Source of the DNA: Macrostomum hystrix
Taxonomy: Eukaryota; Animalia; Platyhelminthes
DNA: 64,000 bases
Reading direction: 5' to 3'
Assembly: GCA_950097015.1 (NCBI GenBank)
Contig: CATNEN010000038.1
Span: 25,358,001-25,422,000, forward strand
The stretch's first letter is position 1; every line of letters begins with the position of its first letter. Of this stretch, positions 1 through 11,400 are shown piece after piece. Below the pieces are notes generated by a model. The model saw nothing but the letters and a program-made list of their open reading frames with translations. It was not told the DNA's origin and did not search any database. The position numbers were made by a program, and so were the translations under genes.

Positions 1-39
1 TCTATCTATCTATCTATATATCCATCTGTCTATCTATCA

Positions 40-87
<48 letters not shown>

Positions 88-107
88 GTCTATCTATCAA
101 TCTATCA

Positions 108-141
<34 letters not shown>

Positions 142-192
142 ATATCTATCTGTCTATCTATCTATCTATCTGTCTATCTATATATCCATCTG

Positions 193-228
<36 letters not shown>

Positions 229-345
229 CCTGTCTATCTATCTATCTGTCTATCTATATATCCATCTGTCTATCTATCAATCAATCTATCTATCTATCTA
301 TCTATCGACATCTACTCTCTATCTATCGACATCTACTCTCTATCT
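1..345. repeat. (TCTA)n microsatellite
   Basis: Direct tetranucleotide repeat with TCTG/TCAA variants. Confidence 0.95.
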
Positions 346-996
346 AAAATCCTAACAACTATCAATCTAAGCATTACCACAACTAAATCTCCAAAGCCGA
401 ATGTTGCAACAATGAGTAACTTGAAACTCAGGAAATCCATTAAATTTCTGCGCAAGTCCCACTTGAAGGTAAAAAAATACTGTGTCTTTATTGTGCCTTT
501 CCACTATGCAGATTGGTAGCGACGATCTACAACGGTGGACACCGTTTTGCAGTTTTGCACAATGTTAGACAAGAAATAATTGGGATTCACTGCGAAATAT
601 GGGAAGTCGAAAAAACACTGACTAAGCTTCTAGCTCGTATACCATTCTTCGATGCACTCGCCGAATCTGCATCCCAAACTTGCCCACGTCGTGTGTGGCG
701 AGAGGAAATTGAATTGGTGAATATATTTCTTTTATGAATGTTCTGTTCATCTTCTCTTCTGCGCATTGAGATGAATTTTAGAAAAAATCAAAGAATATTG
801 TTGCCTAGCTAGGAACACCAGAAGCGCAATACGTTTATAGGACCTTATTCACCTGAATTTGCCCAGCAACTAAATGTAGGGAAAATGCGTTTAAATGCTT
901 GATCTATTTGACGATCAAGGGGCAAGTGTTTAGATTATTTCACCCAACCAGAAACTTATACTATTCGTTTATTCATGCTCTGTTGTTACTTTTTGG

Positions 997-2990
997 TCTC
1001 CCTCTCTCCTCTCTTCTCTTTGCTCTCTCCTCTCTCCTCTCTCCTCTCTACTCTCTCCTCTCTTCTCTTTGCTCTCTCCTCTCTCCTCTCTCCTCTCTTC
1101 TCTTTGCTCTCTCCTCTCTCCTCTCTACTCTCTTCTATTTGCTCTCTCCTCTCTCCTCTCTCCTCTCTTCTCTTTGCTCTCTCCTCTCTCCTCTCTACTC
1201 TCTTCTATTTGCTCTCTCCTCTCTCCTATCTCCTCTTTCAACTCTCCTCTCTTCTCTTTGCTCTCTCCTCTCTCCTATCTCCTCTTTCAACTCTCCTCTC
1301 TTCTCTTTGCTCTCTCCTCTCTCCTATCTCCTCTTTCAACTCTCCTCTCTTCTCTTTGCTCTCTCCTCTCTCCTATCTCCTCTTTCAACTCTCCTCTCTT
1401 CTCTTTGCTCTCTCCTCTCTCCTCTCTCCTCTCTTCTCTTTGCTCTCTCCTCTCTCCTATCTCCTCTTTCAACTCTCCTCTCTTCTCTTTGCTCTCTCCT
1501 CTCTCCTATCTCCTCTTTCAACTCTCCTCTCTTCTCTTTGCTCTCTCCTCTCTCCTATCTCCTCTTTCAACTCTCCTCTCTTCTCTTTGCTCTCTCCTCT
1601 CTCCTCTCTCCTCTCTTCTCTTTGCTCTCTCCTCTCTCCTCTCTACTCTCTTCTATTTGCTCTCTCCTCTCTCCTCTCTCCTCTCTTCTCTTTGCTCTCT
1701 CCTCTCTCCTCTCTACTCTCTTCTATTTGCTCTCTCCTCTCTCCTATCTCCTCTTTCAACTCTCCTCTCTTCTCTTTGCTCTCTCCTCTCTCCTATCTCC
1801 TCTTTCAACTCTCCTCTCTTCTCTTTGCTCTCTCCTCTCTCCTATCTCCTCTTTCAACTCTCCTCTCTTCTCTTTGCTCTCTCCTCTCTCCTATCTCCTC
1901 TTTCAACTCTCCTCTCTTCTCTTTGCTCTCTCCTCTCTCCTATCTCCTCTTTCAACTCTCCTCTCTTCTCTTTGCTCTCTCCTCTCTCCTCTCTCCTCTC
2001 TTCTCTTTGCTCTCTCCTCTCTCCTCTCTACTCTCTTCTATTTGCTCTCTCCTCTCTCCTATCTCCTCTTTCAACTCTCCTCTCTTCTCTTTGCTCTCTC
2101 CTCTCTCCTATCTCCTCTTTCAACTCTCCTCTCTTCTCTTTGCTCTCTCCTCTCTCCTCTCTCCTCTCTTCTCTTTGCTCTCTCCTCTCTCCTCTCTACT
2201 CTCTTCTATTTGCTCTCTCCTCTCTCCTATCTCCTCTTTCAACTCTCCTCTCTTCTCTTTGCTCTCTCCTCTCTCCTATCTCCTCTTTCAACTCTCCTCT
2301 CTTCTCTTTGCTCTCTCCTCTCTCCTATCTCCTCTTTCAACTCTCCTCTCTTCTCTTTGCTCTCTCCTCTCTCCTCTCTCCTCTCTTCTCTTTGCTCTCT
2401 CCTCTCTCCTCTCTACTCTCTTCTATTTGCTCTCTCCTCTCTCCTATCTCCTCTTTCAACTCTCCTCTCTTCTCTTTGCTCTCTCCTCTCTCCTCTCTCC
2501 TCTCTCCTCTCTCCTCTCTTCTCTTTGCTCTCTCCTCTCTCCTCTCTACTCTCTCCTCTCTCCTCTCTACTCTCTCCTCTCTCCTCTCTACTCTCTACTC
2601 TCTCCTCTCTCCTCTCTACTCTCTACTCTCTCCTCTCTACTCTCTACTCTCTCCTCTCTACTCTCTACTCTCTCCTCTCTCATCTCTTCTCTTTGCTCTC
2701 TCCTCTCTCCTCTCTCCTCTCTCCTCTCTACTCTCTCCTCTCTCCTCTCTCCTCTCTACTCTCTCTTCTCTACTCTCTACTCTCTCCCTCTCCTCTCTCC
2801 TCTCTACTCTCTCCTCTCTACTCTCTCCTCTCTCCTCTCTACTCTCTCCTCTCTCCTCTCTACCCTCTCCTCTCTACTCTCTCCTCTCTACTCTCTCATC
2901 TTTTCCCTCTCTCGTGTTCACCCCCCTCTTTACTCTCTCTATCCTCTCTTCTTTCTCCTGTTTTCCCTCTCTCCTGTCTTTCTACTCTTC
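997..2990. repeat. Polypyrimidine minisatellite, 7-bp base unit (CTCTCCT) partly organised as a 49-bp higher-order repeat
   Basis: The unit ctctcct-ctctcct-atctcct-ctttcaa-ctctcct-ctcttct-ctttgct recurs; it explains the Leu/Ser ORFs in all three + frames. Confidence 0.95.
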
Positions 2991-3453
2991 ATATCTCGTC
3001 TCATATTTGACTTTATTTTTTTACTAGTTTTACAAACAAGATCTCGGACTGAGAAAGGAGAATTAGACAAAGAGGGTCCATCTAAAGAAATTCATTTAAC
3101 TTCGTGCAATAGAGCATGAAGACTCCTATAACAAATATACTATAAGCGGTGTGCACTTTTCATTCCATTGCAAAAGGATGCTTTTGAAGGAAAAAATTGC
3201 CAATTAACTAGCTTCATCGCGCCACTGACTTCATTAGCATCGACTAGATCGACCCACAGACTCAGTTTAGCAGCGAAAAAATTAACTGTAACAAGTAACT
3301 TAATCACTCCCCAGTTGGGAAGTTGCTGAACAGTTTAGTGCGAGTATCACCCCTAGCTACAGAGCGGCATTGTAATCATAAATAATCATAATCATAATCA
3401 TAAACTTTTTAATAAAGAGATGCTATTTTCTTGTGAGGTAGGCAGCCACGGCA

Positions 3454-3711
3454 GAGTAGGTTGTTGCAGCCATGGTAGGTTGTTGCAGTCATGGTAGGTT
3501 GTTGCAGCCATGGTAGGTTGTTGCAGCCATGGTAGGTTGTTGCAGCCATGGTAGGTTGTTGCAGCCATGGTAGGTTGTTGCGGCCACTGTAGTAGGTTGT
3601 TGCAGCCATGGTAGGTTGTTGCGGCCACTGTAGTAGGTTGTTGCAGCCACTGTAGTAGGTTGTTGCAGCCATGGTAGGTTGTTGCGGCCACTGTAGTAGG
3701 TTGTTGCAGCC
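3454..3711. repeat. 19/22-bp minisatellite (GTAGGTTGTTGCAGCCATG)n
   Basis: Direct tandem copies. Confidence 0.9.
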
Positions 3712-4288
3712 AACAACATGGCTGTTGTTGTAGCCTGATCCTTAAAGCTTTCTAAATTATGACAGACAGGTCGAGAGTTCGAATTTTAGCAAGTGACAGA
3801 TACAATTTTGATATTTAAAAGTCCATGGACAGAACAGGTGTACACAACCTTTGGATCCGCCATTTAACGGCTATTATATTTAGTTATGACCCATATGGAC
3901 TAGGTCGTGTCATTTTCACAACCTTACTACATTTTTACTTTCTACCGGTAAAGTGTTTAGCCTAAAAATACTGCTCGAGAAAAATATAAGTAATTCATTC
4001 CTAGTGATAAAAATTCTTCTAACTAACCAAAGCACCTGACTGCCAATCTCCTGAAATGTTTATTCGAAGTCGTTTGGTTATAAAGTGAGGGAAAAGTTTT
4101 TCGTAGAAATTCTCTGTGGAATTTCTGGGCCTAATTCCCCCCCGGCCCCACACCTGTCAATGTTCGTCAAATTTCCTAACCAAAACGACCGAGGACTTGC
4201 CGGTTCTAGGATTTTCGCGTTTGCACTTTTAGCTTGATGTGGTATTTTGTCTGCAAAATGACAAGTTAGTTTATATACAATTCTATAT

Positions 4289-4570
4289 CTCACTCACTCA
4301 CTCACTCACTCACTCACTCACTCACTCACTCACTCACTCACTCACTCACTCACTCACTCACTCACTCGCTCACTCACTCACTCACTCACTCACTCACTTA
4401 CTCACTCACTCACTCACTCACTCACTCACTCACTCACTCACTAACTCACTCACTCACTCACTCACTCACTCACTCACTCACTCACTCTCACTCATTCACT
4501 ATTCTATTCTATTTTGTTCTATTCTGTTCTATTCTATTCTATTCTATTCTGTTCTATTCTATTCTGTTCT
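4289..4570. repeat. (CACT)n followed by (ATTCT)n microsatellites
   Basis: Direct inspection. Confidence 0.95.
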
Positions 4571-5804
4571 ACCTAGTTCACATTTACTTCTCTGCGTACA
4601 AGCAGCGAATGCCGACAAAAAAGCAGTAAAAAACGCGACCCAGTCATCACTAAAACAAGTGTTAATATATTTGACATTTTCAGTGTCAAATTTTCTCCAC
4701 AGTACAAGCAAGCTTGTTCATTCTCGTTAGTTCACAAGTGGTGAAGGTCGGGTTATAAATCTTTCTAAATTAGCTTAGCAGTTGGCCCACGTTCGTAATA
4801 AAATATCACCTGCTTTTTAATTATCGTCTATTTTAGCTTTCGTTTCTACTTATCAGTAGAAACTAATGAAATTTGTTTTAATATTGTCTATGGTGTAAAA
4901 AAATCTTACACTACGCCATAAAAATTTAAGTTATTATAAATTGGACTCTAACAACTTTCAGCCCAGAAATTACGAGTTACAAAAATACTATGCAGCTTGA
5001 TTAACAATATAATTTTGTATCCTGAAATCCATGCCATTCTTTTAAGACTCACAAACTGCTTCAAAAATCCTCAAACCACTTTTCAAGAATATCAAAGGAC
5101 ACAATTCTCCTCAGATAATCACGAAACCGTCTTTCTAAGATTCATGAAAACATACTTTCTTAGAAATCATAAACGCTTATTTCAGCTGGAATCATGAAAC
5201 TCTTTTCTAAGAAATCATTAAACAACATTTCTATAATTCAAGAAACCCCATTTCAGATAAACTTGAAACCGAATTTTAAGAAGAATCAAATTCTTTAAAA
5301 CGTTTTAAATTCTTTTATTTCTTAAAATGTATTTTTTAAGAATAATATAGCCCTATTTCTGAGAATCATGAAGCCCATTTTCTAAGAAACAAAAACCCAT
5401 AGCCTTGTTTCTAAGAGTCATGAAACTATCTTTCAATAGTTTCGTCCGGTATTTAATATTATGACGCATCTTTTCTAAAAATGTAGAAAATTTTTTCTAA
5501 GAAATCATTAAGTAAAGTTTATAAGACACGTTAAATCATTTTTATGCGAAACCCAGTTTCTAAGAATCATGATGCCTCTTCTCAAAGAATCGTGTAAAAT
5601 TTTTATAATGTAGCTCGTAATTACATTTATATTAAAAAATGTTCCTAAAATCAAGAAACCCATTTTCTAAGTAACAAAAGCCTCTATTATAGAAATCATA
5701 AAGCCCCGTTTCTAAAAATCGTTATAGAAAATCCCATAAAATCAGGAATCCTATTGCAATTCCAAGAGTGCTAAGGTGAGCTACAATTTCGATATCCTCT
5801 AGAG

Positions 5805-6655
5805 CAGGGGTCGGCAAACTTATTAGCTAGTGGGCCAAAAAGAGAACCTAAAAGACGGCAGCGGGCCGCATTGACTGTAGAAATATGAGATAGGGGAGAG
5901 ATGAGGCACGGCAGAGACGAGACTGAGGAGAGACGAGACTGAGGAGAGATGAGACAGCGGAGAGACGAGACTGAGGAGAGATAAGACACGGGAGAGACGA
6001 GACTGAGGAGAGATGAGACATGGAAGAGACGAGACTGAGGAGAGATGAGACATGGAAGAGACGAGACTGAGGAGAGACGAGACACGGGAGAGACGAGACT
6101 GAGGAGAGATGAGACACTGGAGAGACGAGACTGAGGAGAGATAAGACATAGGAGAGATGAGACACGGGAGAGATAAGACATAGGAGAGATGAGACACGGG
6201 AGAGACGAGACTGAGGAGAGATGAGACACGGGAGAGACGAGACTGAGGAGAGATGAGACACGGGAGAGACGAGACTGAGGAGAGATGAGACACGGGAGAG
6301 ACGAGACTGAGGAGAGATGAGACAGCGGAGAGATGAGACACGGGAGAGATAAGACATAGGAGAGATGAGACACGGGAGAGACGAGACTGAGGAGAGATGA
6401 GACACGGGAGAGACGAGACTGAGGAGAGATGAGACACGGGAGAGACGAGACTGAGGAGAGATGAGACAGCGGAGAGATGAGACACGGGAGAGATGAGACA
6501 GCGGAGAGATGAGACACGGAAGAGACGAGACAGGGGAAAGATGAAACAGGGGAAAGTTTAAACAGGATACTTTAGGTGTCGGAAGGGGCAACGGGCCGGA
6601 TTTGGGAGCTTCGAGGGCCGCATCTGGCCCGCGGGCCGGAGTTTGCCGACCCCTG
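5805..6655. mobile_element. Non-autonomous hAT (Charlie-like) MITE with an internal minisatellite
   Basis: Perfect 16-bp TIRs CAGGGGTCGGCAAACT (5805-5820) and AGTTTGCCGACCCCTG (6640-6655); 8-bp TSD CTCTAGAG at 5797-5804 and 6656-6663; subterminal GGCCCGCGGGCC-type motifs. Confidence 0.9.
5885..6545. repeat. 16-bp purine-rich minisatellite (GGAGAGATGAGACACG / GGAGAGACGAGACTGA)n
   Basis: Tandem copies inside the MITE; related arrays at ~40020-40790 (+) and ~63643-63830 (-). Confidence 0.9.
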
Positions 6656-7465
6656 CTCTAGAGTCAGAAAACACCCTTCAGTCCACTAAATCCAGAAAAA
6701 TAACAGTTCTAGGCTCTGTACAATTATTTTACGCTCAGTGGAAAAACCCAAAAATCTAGAAAAGTCGAAATTGTGTGCACTTTCTGTTATTCTACAAGTC
6801 TGTATCTAGGCGAGTTTGCCTGATGAGTCACACAACGGCATGACGCTGATTCTACAATCTACACCCATCGCATCTCTCTAGACAGATTTTGTTTTCCAAA
6901 CTTGTAGCCCTAATCCATTTTCCGCGAAGCAGCGTTCTTTCGCACAGAAGTCAAAGTCAGAGATGGATAAGGCTGTGCCGAACATTGCGATGGGCGAGGC
7001 ATTCAGCTAGGCTAGAGACAAAATCTCTTTCTTTTCTGGGTTATTAGGGCTAGTTGGGCTTCTATAGGTGCTTCTAAATTGGCCACAAGAGTGAACGCAA
7101 TGCGTTGTTGGGATTTGATCCCATCTCGGAATAGGCTAGCTCGATCCGAATCTTTTTCGTTATATTTCATTGTACAGCTGTTTTCGAAGATTCGTGGTTT
7201 AAGTGTGTTTTTCTTCTGTCTCTCTCTCATTCGCCTATCATGTGGTCGTATTTCTGCAACTATTCATAATTTGGCTTATGCTGAACAGAACCAAGAAACT
7301 AGAAACCTAGAGAAGCGGAATAGTCGTAGATTTTGTTTCAAATGCAATGTTTCAACAAAAGTCATCCGTGCTAAGGCTATCCTATACATGCTTGTTACCA
7401 GGTAAGATTATAGAAAAAACGGATACATTTTAGTCGAATAAAAGGTAGATAAGGCAAGCAAAAAG

Positions 7466-8410
7466 TAGACACCTGTTAGATTAAACAGACACCTGCTAGA
7501 TTAAACAGACACCTGTTAGATTAAACAGACACCTGTTAGATTAAACAGACACCTGTTAGATTAGACAGACACCTGTTAGATTAGACAGACACCTGTTAGT
7601 TTAGACAGACACCTGTTAGATTAGACAGACACCTGTTAGATGAGACAGACACCTGTTAGATTGGACAGACACCTGTTAGATTAGACAGACACCTGTTAGA
7701 TTAGACAGACACCTGTTAGATGAGACAGACACCTGTTAGATGAGACAGACACCTGTTAGATTAGACAGACACCTGCTAGATGAGACAGACACCTGTTAGA
7801 TGAGACAGACACCTGTTAGATGAGACAGACACCTGCTAGATTAGACAGACGCCTGTTAGATGAGACAGACACCTGTTAGATGAGACAGACACCTGTTAGA
7901 TGAGACAGACACCTGCTAGATTAGACAGACACCTGTTAGATTAGACAGACACCTGTTAGATGAGACAGACACCTGCTAGATTAGACAGACACCTGTTAGA
8001 TTAGACAGACACCTGTTAGATTAGACAGACACCTGTTAGTTTAGACAGACAACTGTTAGGTTAGACAGACACCTGTTAGATTAGACAGACACCTGTTAGA
8101 TTAGACAGACACCTGTTAGATTAGACAGACACCTGTTAGATTAGACAGACACCTGTTAGATTAGACAGACACCTGTTAGATTAGACAGACACCTGTTAGA
8201 TTAGACAGACACCTGTTAGATTAGACAGACACCTGTTAGTTTAGACAGACAACTGTTAGGTTAGACAGACAACTGTTAGGTTAGACAGACAACTGTTAGG
8301 TTAGACAGACACCTGTTAGACAATACTGACCCCTGTTAGATAGTAGTACAGACACCTGTTGGATTATACGGATAAACACCAGTTAGATTACACAGACACC
8401 TGTTAGACAA
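7466..8410. repeat. 20-bp minisatellite (TTAGACAGACACCTGTTAGA)n in the putative 5'UTR intron of the RasGAP gene
   Basis: Exact 20-bp register; lies between donor CAG|GTAAGA (7401/7402) and acceptor TGTCAG (8429). Confidence 0.9.
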
Positions 8411-8444
8411 GACTGAACTTTTCTGTCAGACTATAGAACCATCA

Positions 8445-11400
8445 ATGTTTCCCTGTTTCCCAGACACATCATACGAGTCTTCGAGTGACTGCAGCGGTGC
8501 CAAATTCGACCCCAGTTGGCGAAGAAGCAGCGTGCAGCTGAACAGCGAGTTTCCAGGTCTCAGTCGACGTGGTGGCTTAGGCCTCGTTAGCAACAGCGGC
8601 AGCAGCAGCAGCAAAGCCGCTGCCAAGGTAGCAGCCGAGAAATCCACGTCTTCAAGCAGAATCAGAGTAAGCTTTCAGAATGCGAATCGCCGCCCCTTCA
8701 TCCGCCCTTCTTCCGCCCCTTCCTCTGCCTCTTCTTCAGCCCTTCTTTCACCCCTCCGCCGTTTGCAGCCATTCTTCCGCTCTAACTCCGCTCTTATTAC
8801 GCCCCTTCTGCCGCCCCTTCTTTAGCCCTTCTTTGCGACTTTCTCCGCCTTTTTCAGCCTTCATCCACTCCACTTCCGCCCTTCATCCACTCAACTTCCG
8901 CCCTTCATCCACTCCACTTCCGCCCTTCTTCCACTCCACTTCCGCCCTTCTTCCACTCCACTTCCGCCCTTCATCCACTCCACTTCCGCCCTTCATCCAC
9001 TCCTCTTCCGCCCTTCATCCACTCCTCTTCCGCCCTTCATCCACTCCTCTTCCGCCCTTCATCCACTCCACTTCCGCCCTTCTTCCACTCAACTTCCGTC
9101 CTTCATCCACTCCACTTCCGCCCTTCTTCCACTCCACTTCCGCCCTTCATCCACTCAACTTCCGCCCTTCATCCACTCCACTTCCGCCCTTCTTCCACTC
9201 CACTTCCGCCCTTCTTCCACTCCACTTCCGCCCTTCATCCACTCCTCTTCCGCCCTTCATCCACTCCTCTTCCGCCCTTCATCCACTCCTCTTCCGCCCT
9301 TCATCCACTCCTCTTCCGCCCTTCATCCACTCCTCTTCCGCCCTTCATCCACTCCTCTTCCGCCCTTCATCCACTCCACTTCCGCCCTTCTTCCACTCCT
9401 CTTCCGCCCTTCTTCCACTCCACTTCCGCCCTTCATCCACTCCACTTCCGCCCTTCACCCACTCCACTTCCGCCCTTCATCCACTCAACTTCCGCCCTTC
9501 ATCCACTCCACTTCCGCCCTTCTTCCACTCCACTTCCGCCCTTCTTCCACTCCACTTCCGCCCTTCATCCACTCCTCTTCCGCCCTTCATCCACTCCTCT
9601 TCCGCCCTTCATCCACTCCTCTTCCGCCCTTCATCCACTCCTCTTCCGCCCTTCATCCACTCCTCTTCCGCCCTTCATCCACTCCACTTCCGCCCTTCTT
9701 CCACTCCTCTTCCGCCCTTCTTCCACTCCACTTCCGCCCTTCATCCACTCCACTTCCGCCCTTCACCCACTCCACTTCCGCCCTTCATCCACTCCACTTC
9801 CGCCCTTCTTCCAATCTACTTCCGCCCTTCTTCCAATCTACTTCCGCCCTTCTTCCAATCTACTTCCGCCCTTCTTCCAATCTGCTTCCGCCCTTCTCTA
9901 CTTCCGCCCTTCTTCCACTCCTCTTCCGCCCTTCTCTACTTCCGCCCTTCTTCCACTCTTCTTCCGCCCTCTTCCGCCCCTTCTTCAGCCCTGTTTCCGC
10001 TCCTTTCACCGCTCTGTCTTCGGCCATTCTTAAACGAACAATTAACTGTTTTTCAGAACCTGTTTCGAGGAATCAGCATAAAGAGAACAAAGAGTGCAAG
10101 CAAATTGCCTAGTAATGAAGCGCCAGACGAAGCCTTAGGACAAAAAACTCCCCAGCAGCAGGAGCAGCAGAAGCAGCAGCATCCGTTCGGTCATCACTAT
10201 CCGGTTGCTATGCAAAACCTGTCAAATCGTAGAATGCTGCCACAACCGCCGCAGAATCCAACTGCAGTTCCCCCGCCTCTGCCGCCCCACCGGACTCCAA
10301 GTCCTCTGCATCAGAGAAGAATTTTTCAGAACGCTGCTCTTCCCATTTCCAACAAGCTGCCTAGCAACCAACAGATTTGCCAGTCGCCGACAAAGTCTTG
10401 GACACCGACGTAAGTTAGAAAATATTGCTGCTAGCTGTTAGACACTGAGAGAGCTAGCTGTTAGATACTTAAAAAGCTACCTGTTAGACTCAGAAGGAGC
10501 TACCTGTTAGACACTGAGAGAGCTAGCTGTTAGATACTTAAAAAGCTACCTGTTAAACTCAGAAGGAGCTACCTGTTAGACACTGAGAGAGCTAGCTGTT
10601 AGACACTTAAAAAGCTACCTGTTAGGCTCAGAAGGAGCTACCTGTTAGACACTGAGAGAGCTAGCTGTTAGATACTTAAAAAGCTACCTGTTAGACTCAG
10701 AAGGAGCTACCTGTTAGACACTGAGAGAGCTAGCTGTTAGATACTTAAAAAGCTACCTGTTAGACTCAGAAGGAGCTACCTGTTAGACACTGAGAGAGCT
10801 AGCTGTTAGATACTTAAAAAGCTACCTGTTAGACTCAGAAGGAGCTACCTGTTAGACACTGAGAGAGCTAGCTGTTAGACACTGAGAGAGCTAGCTGTTA
10901 GATACTTAAAAAGCTACCTGTTAGACTCAGAAGGAGCTACCTGTTAGACACTGAGAGAGCTAGCTGTTAGATACTTAAAAAGCTACCTGTTAGACTCAGA
11001 AGGAGCTACCTGTTAGACACTGAGAGAGCTAGCTGTTAGATACTTAAAAAGCTACCTGTTAGACTCAGAAGGAGCTACCTGTTAGACACTGAGAGAGCTA
11101 GCTGTTAGATACTTAAAAAGCTACCTGTTAGACTCAGAAGGAGCTACCTGTTAGACACTGAGAGAGCTAGCTGTTAGATACTTAAAAAGCTACCTGTTAG
11201 GCTCAGAAGGAGCTACCTGTTAGACACTGAGAGAGCTAGCTGTTAGATACTTAAAAAGCTACCTGTTAGACTCAGAAGGAGCTACCTGTTAGACTCAGAA
11301 GGAGCTACCTGTTAGACACTGAGAGAGTTAGCTGTTAGATACTTAAAAAGCTACCTGTTAGACTCAGAAGGAGCTACCTGTTAGACTCAGAAGGAGCTAC

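Noticed and set aside
412-737. Possible small exons near the window start
   Set aside because: Splice-like signals exist, but the peptides are short and unrecognisable
899-3119. 650-714 aa Leu/Ser-rich ORFs in three frames
   Set aside because: They are translations of a CT-rich minisatellite that lacks stop codons
5771-6591. Three ~220-248 aa minus-strand ORFs as a possible transposase
   Set aside because: They are repeat translations with no hAT transposase motifs
6805-6850. Hammerhead-like CTGATGA-GTCA..TGAC
   Set aside because: The stem II candidate is followed by GCTG rather than GAAA, and no valid UH cleavage site or stem III is present
8680-10056. Pro/Ser-rich part of the 577-aa ORF (mucin- or extensin-like)
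   Set aside because: It lies between a GTAAGC donor and a TTTCAG acceptor; only 10057-10409 is coding
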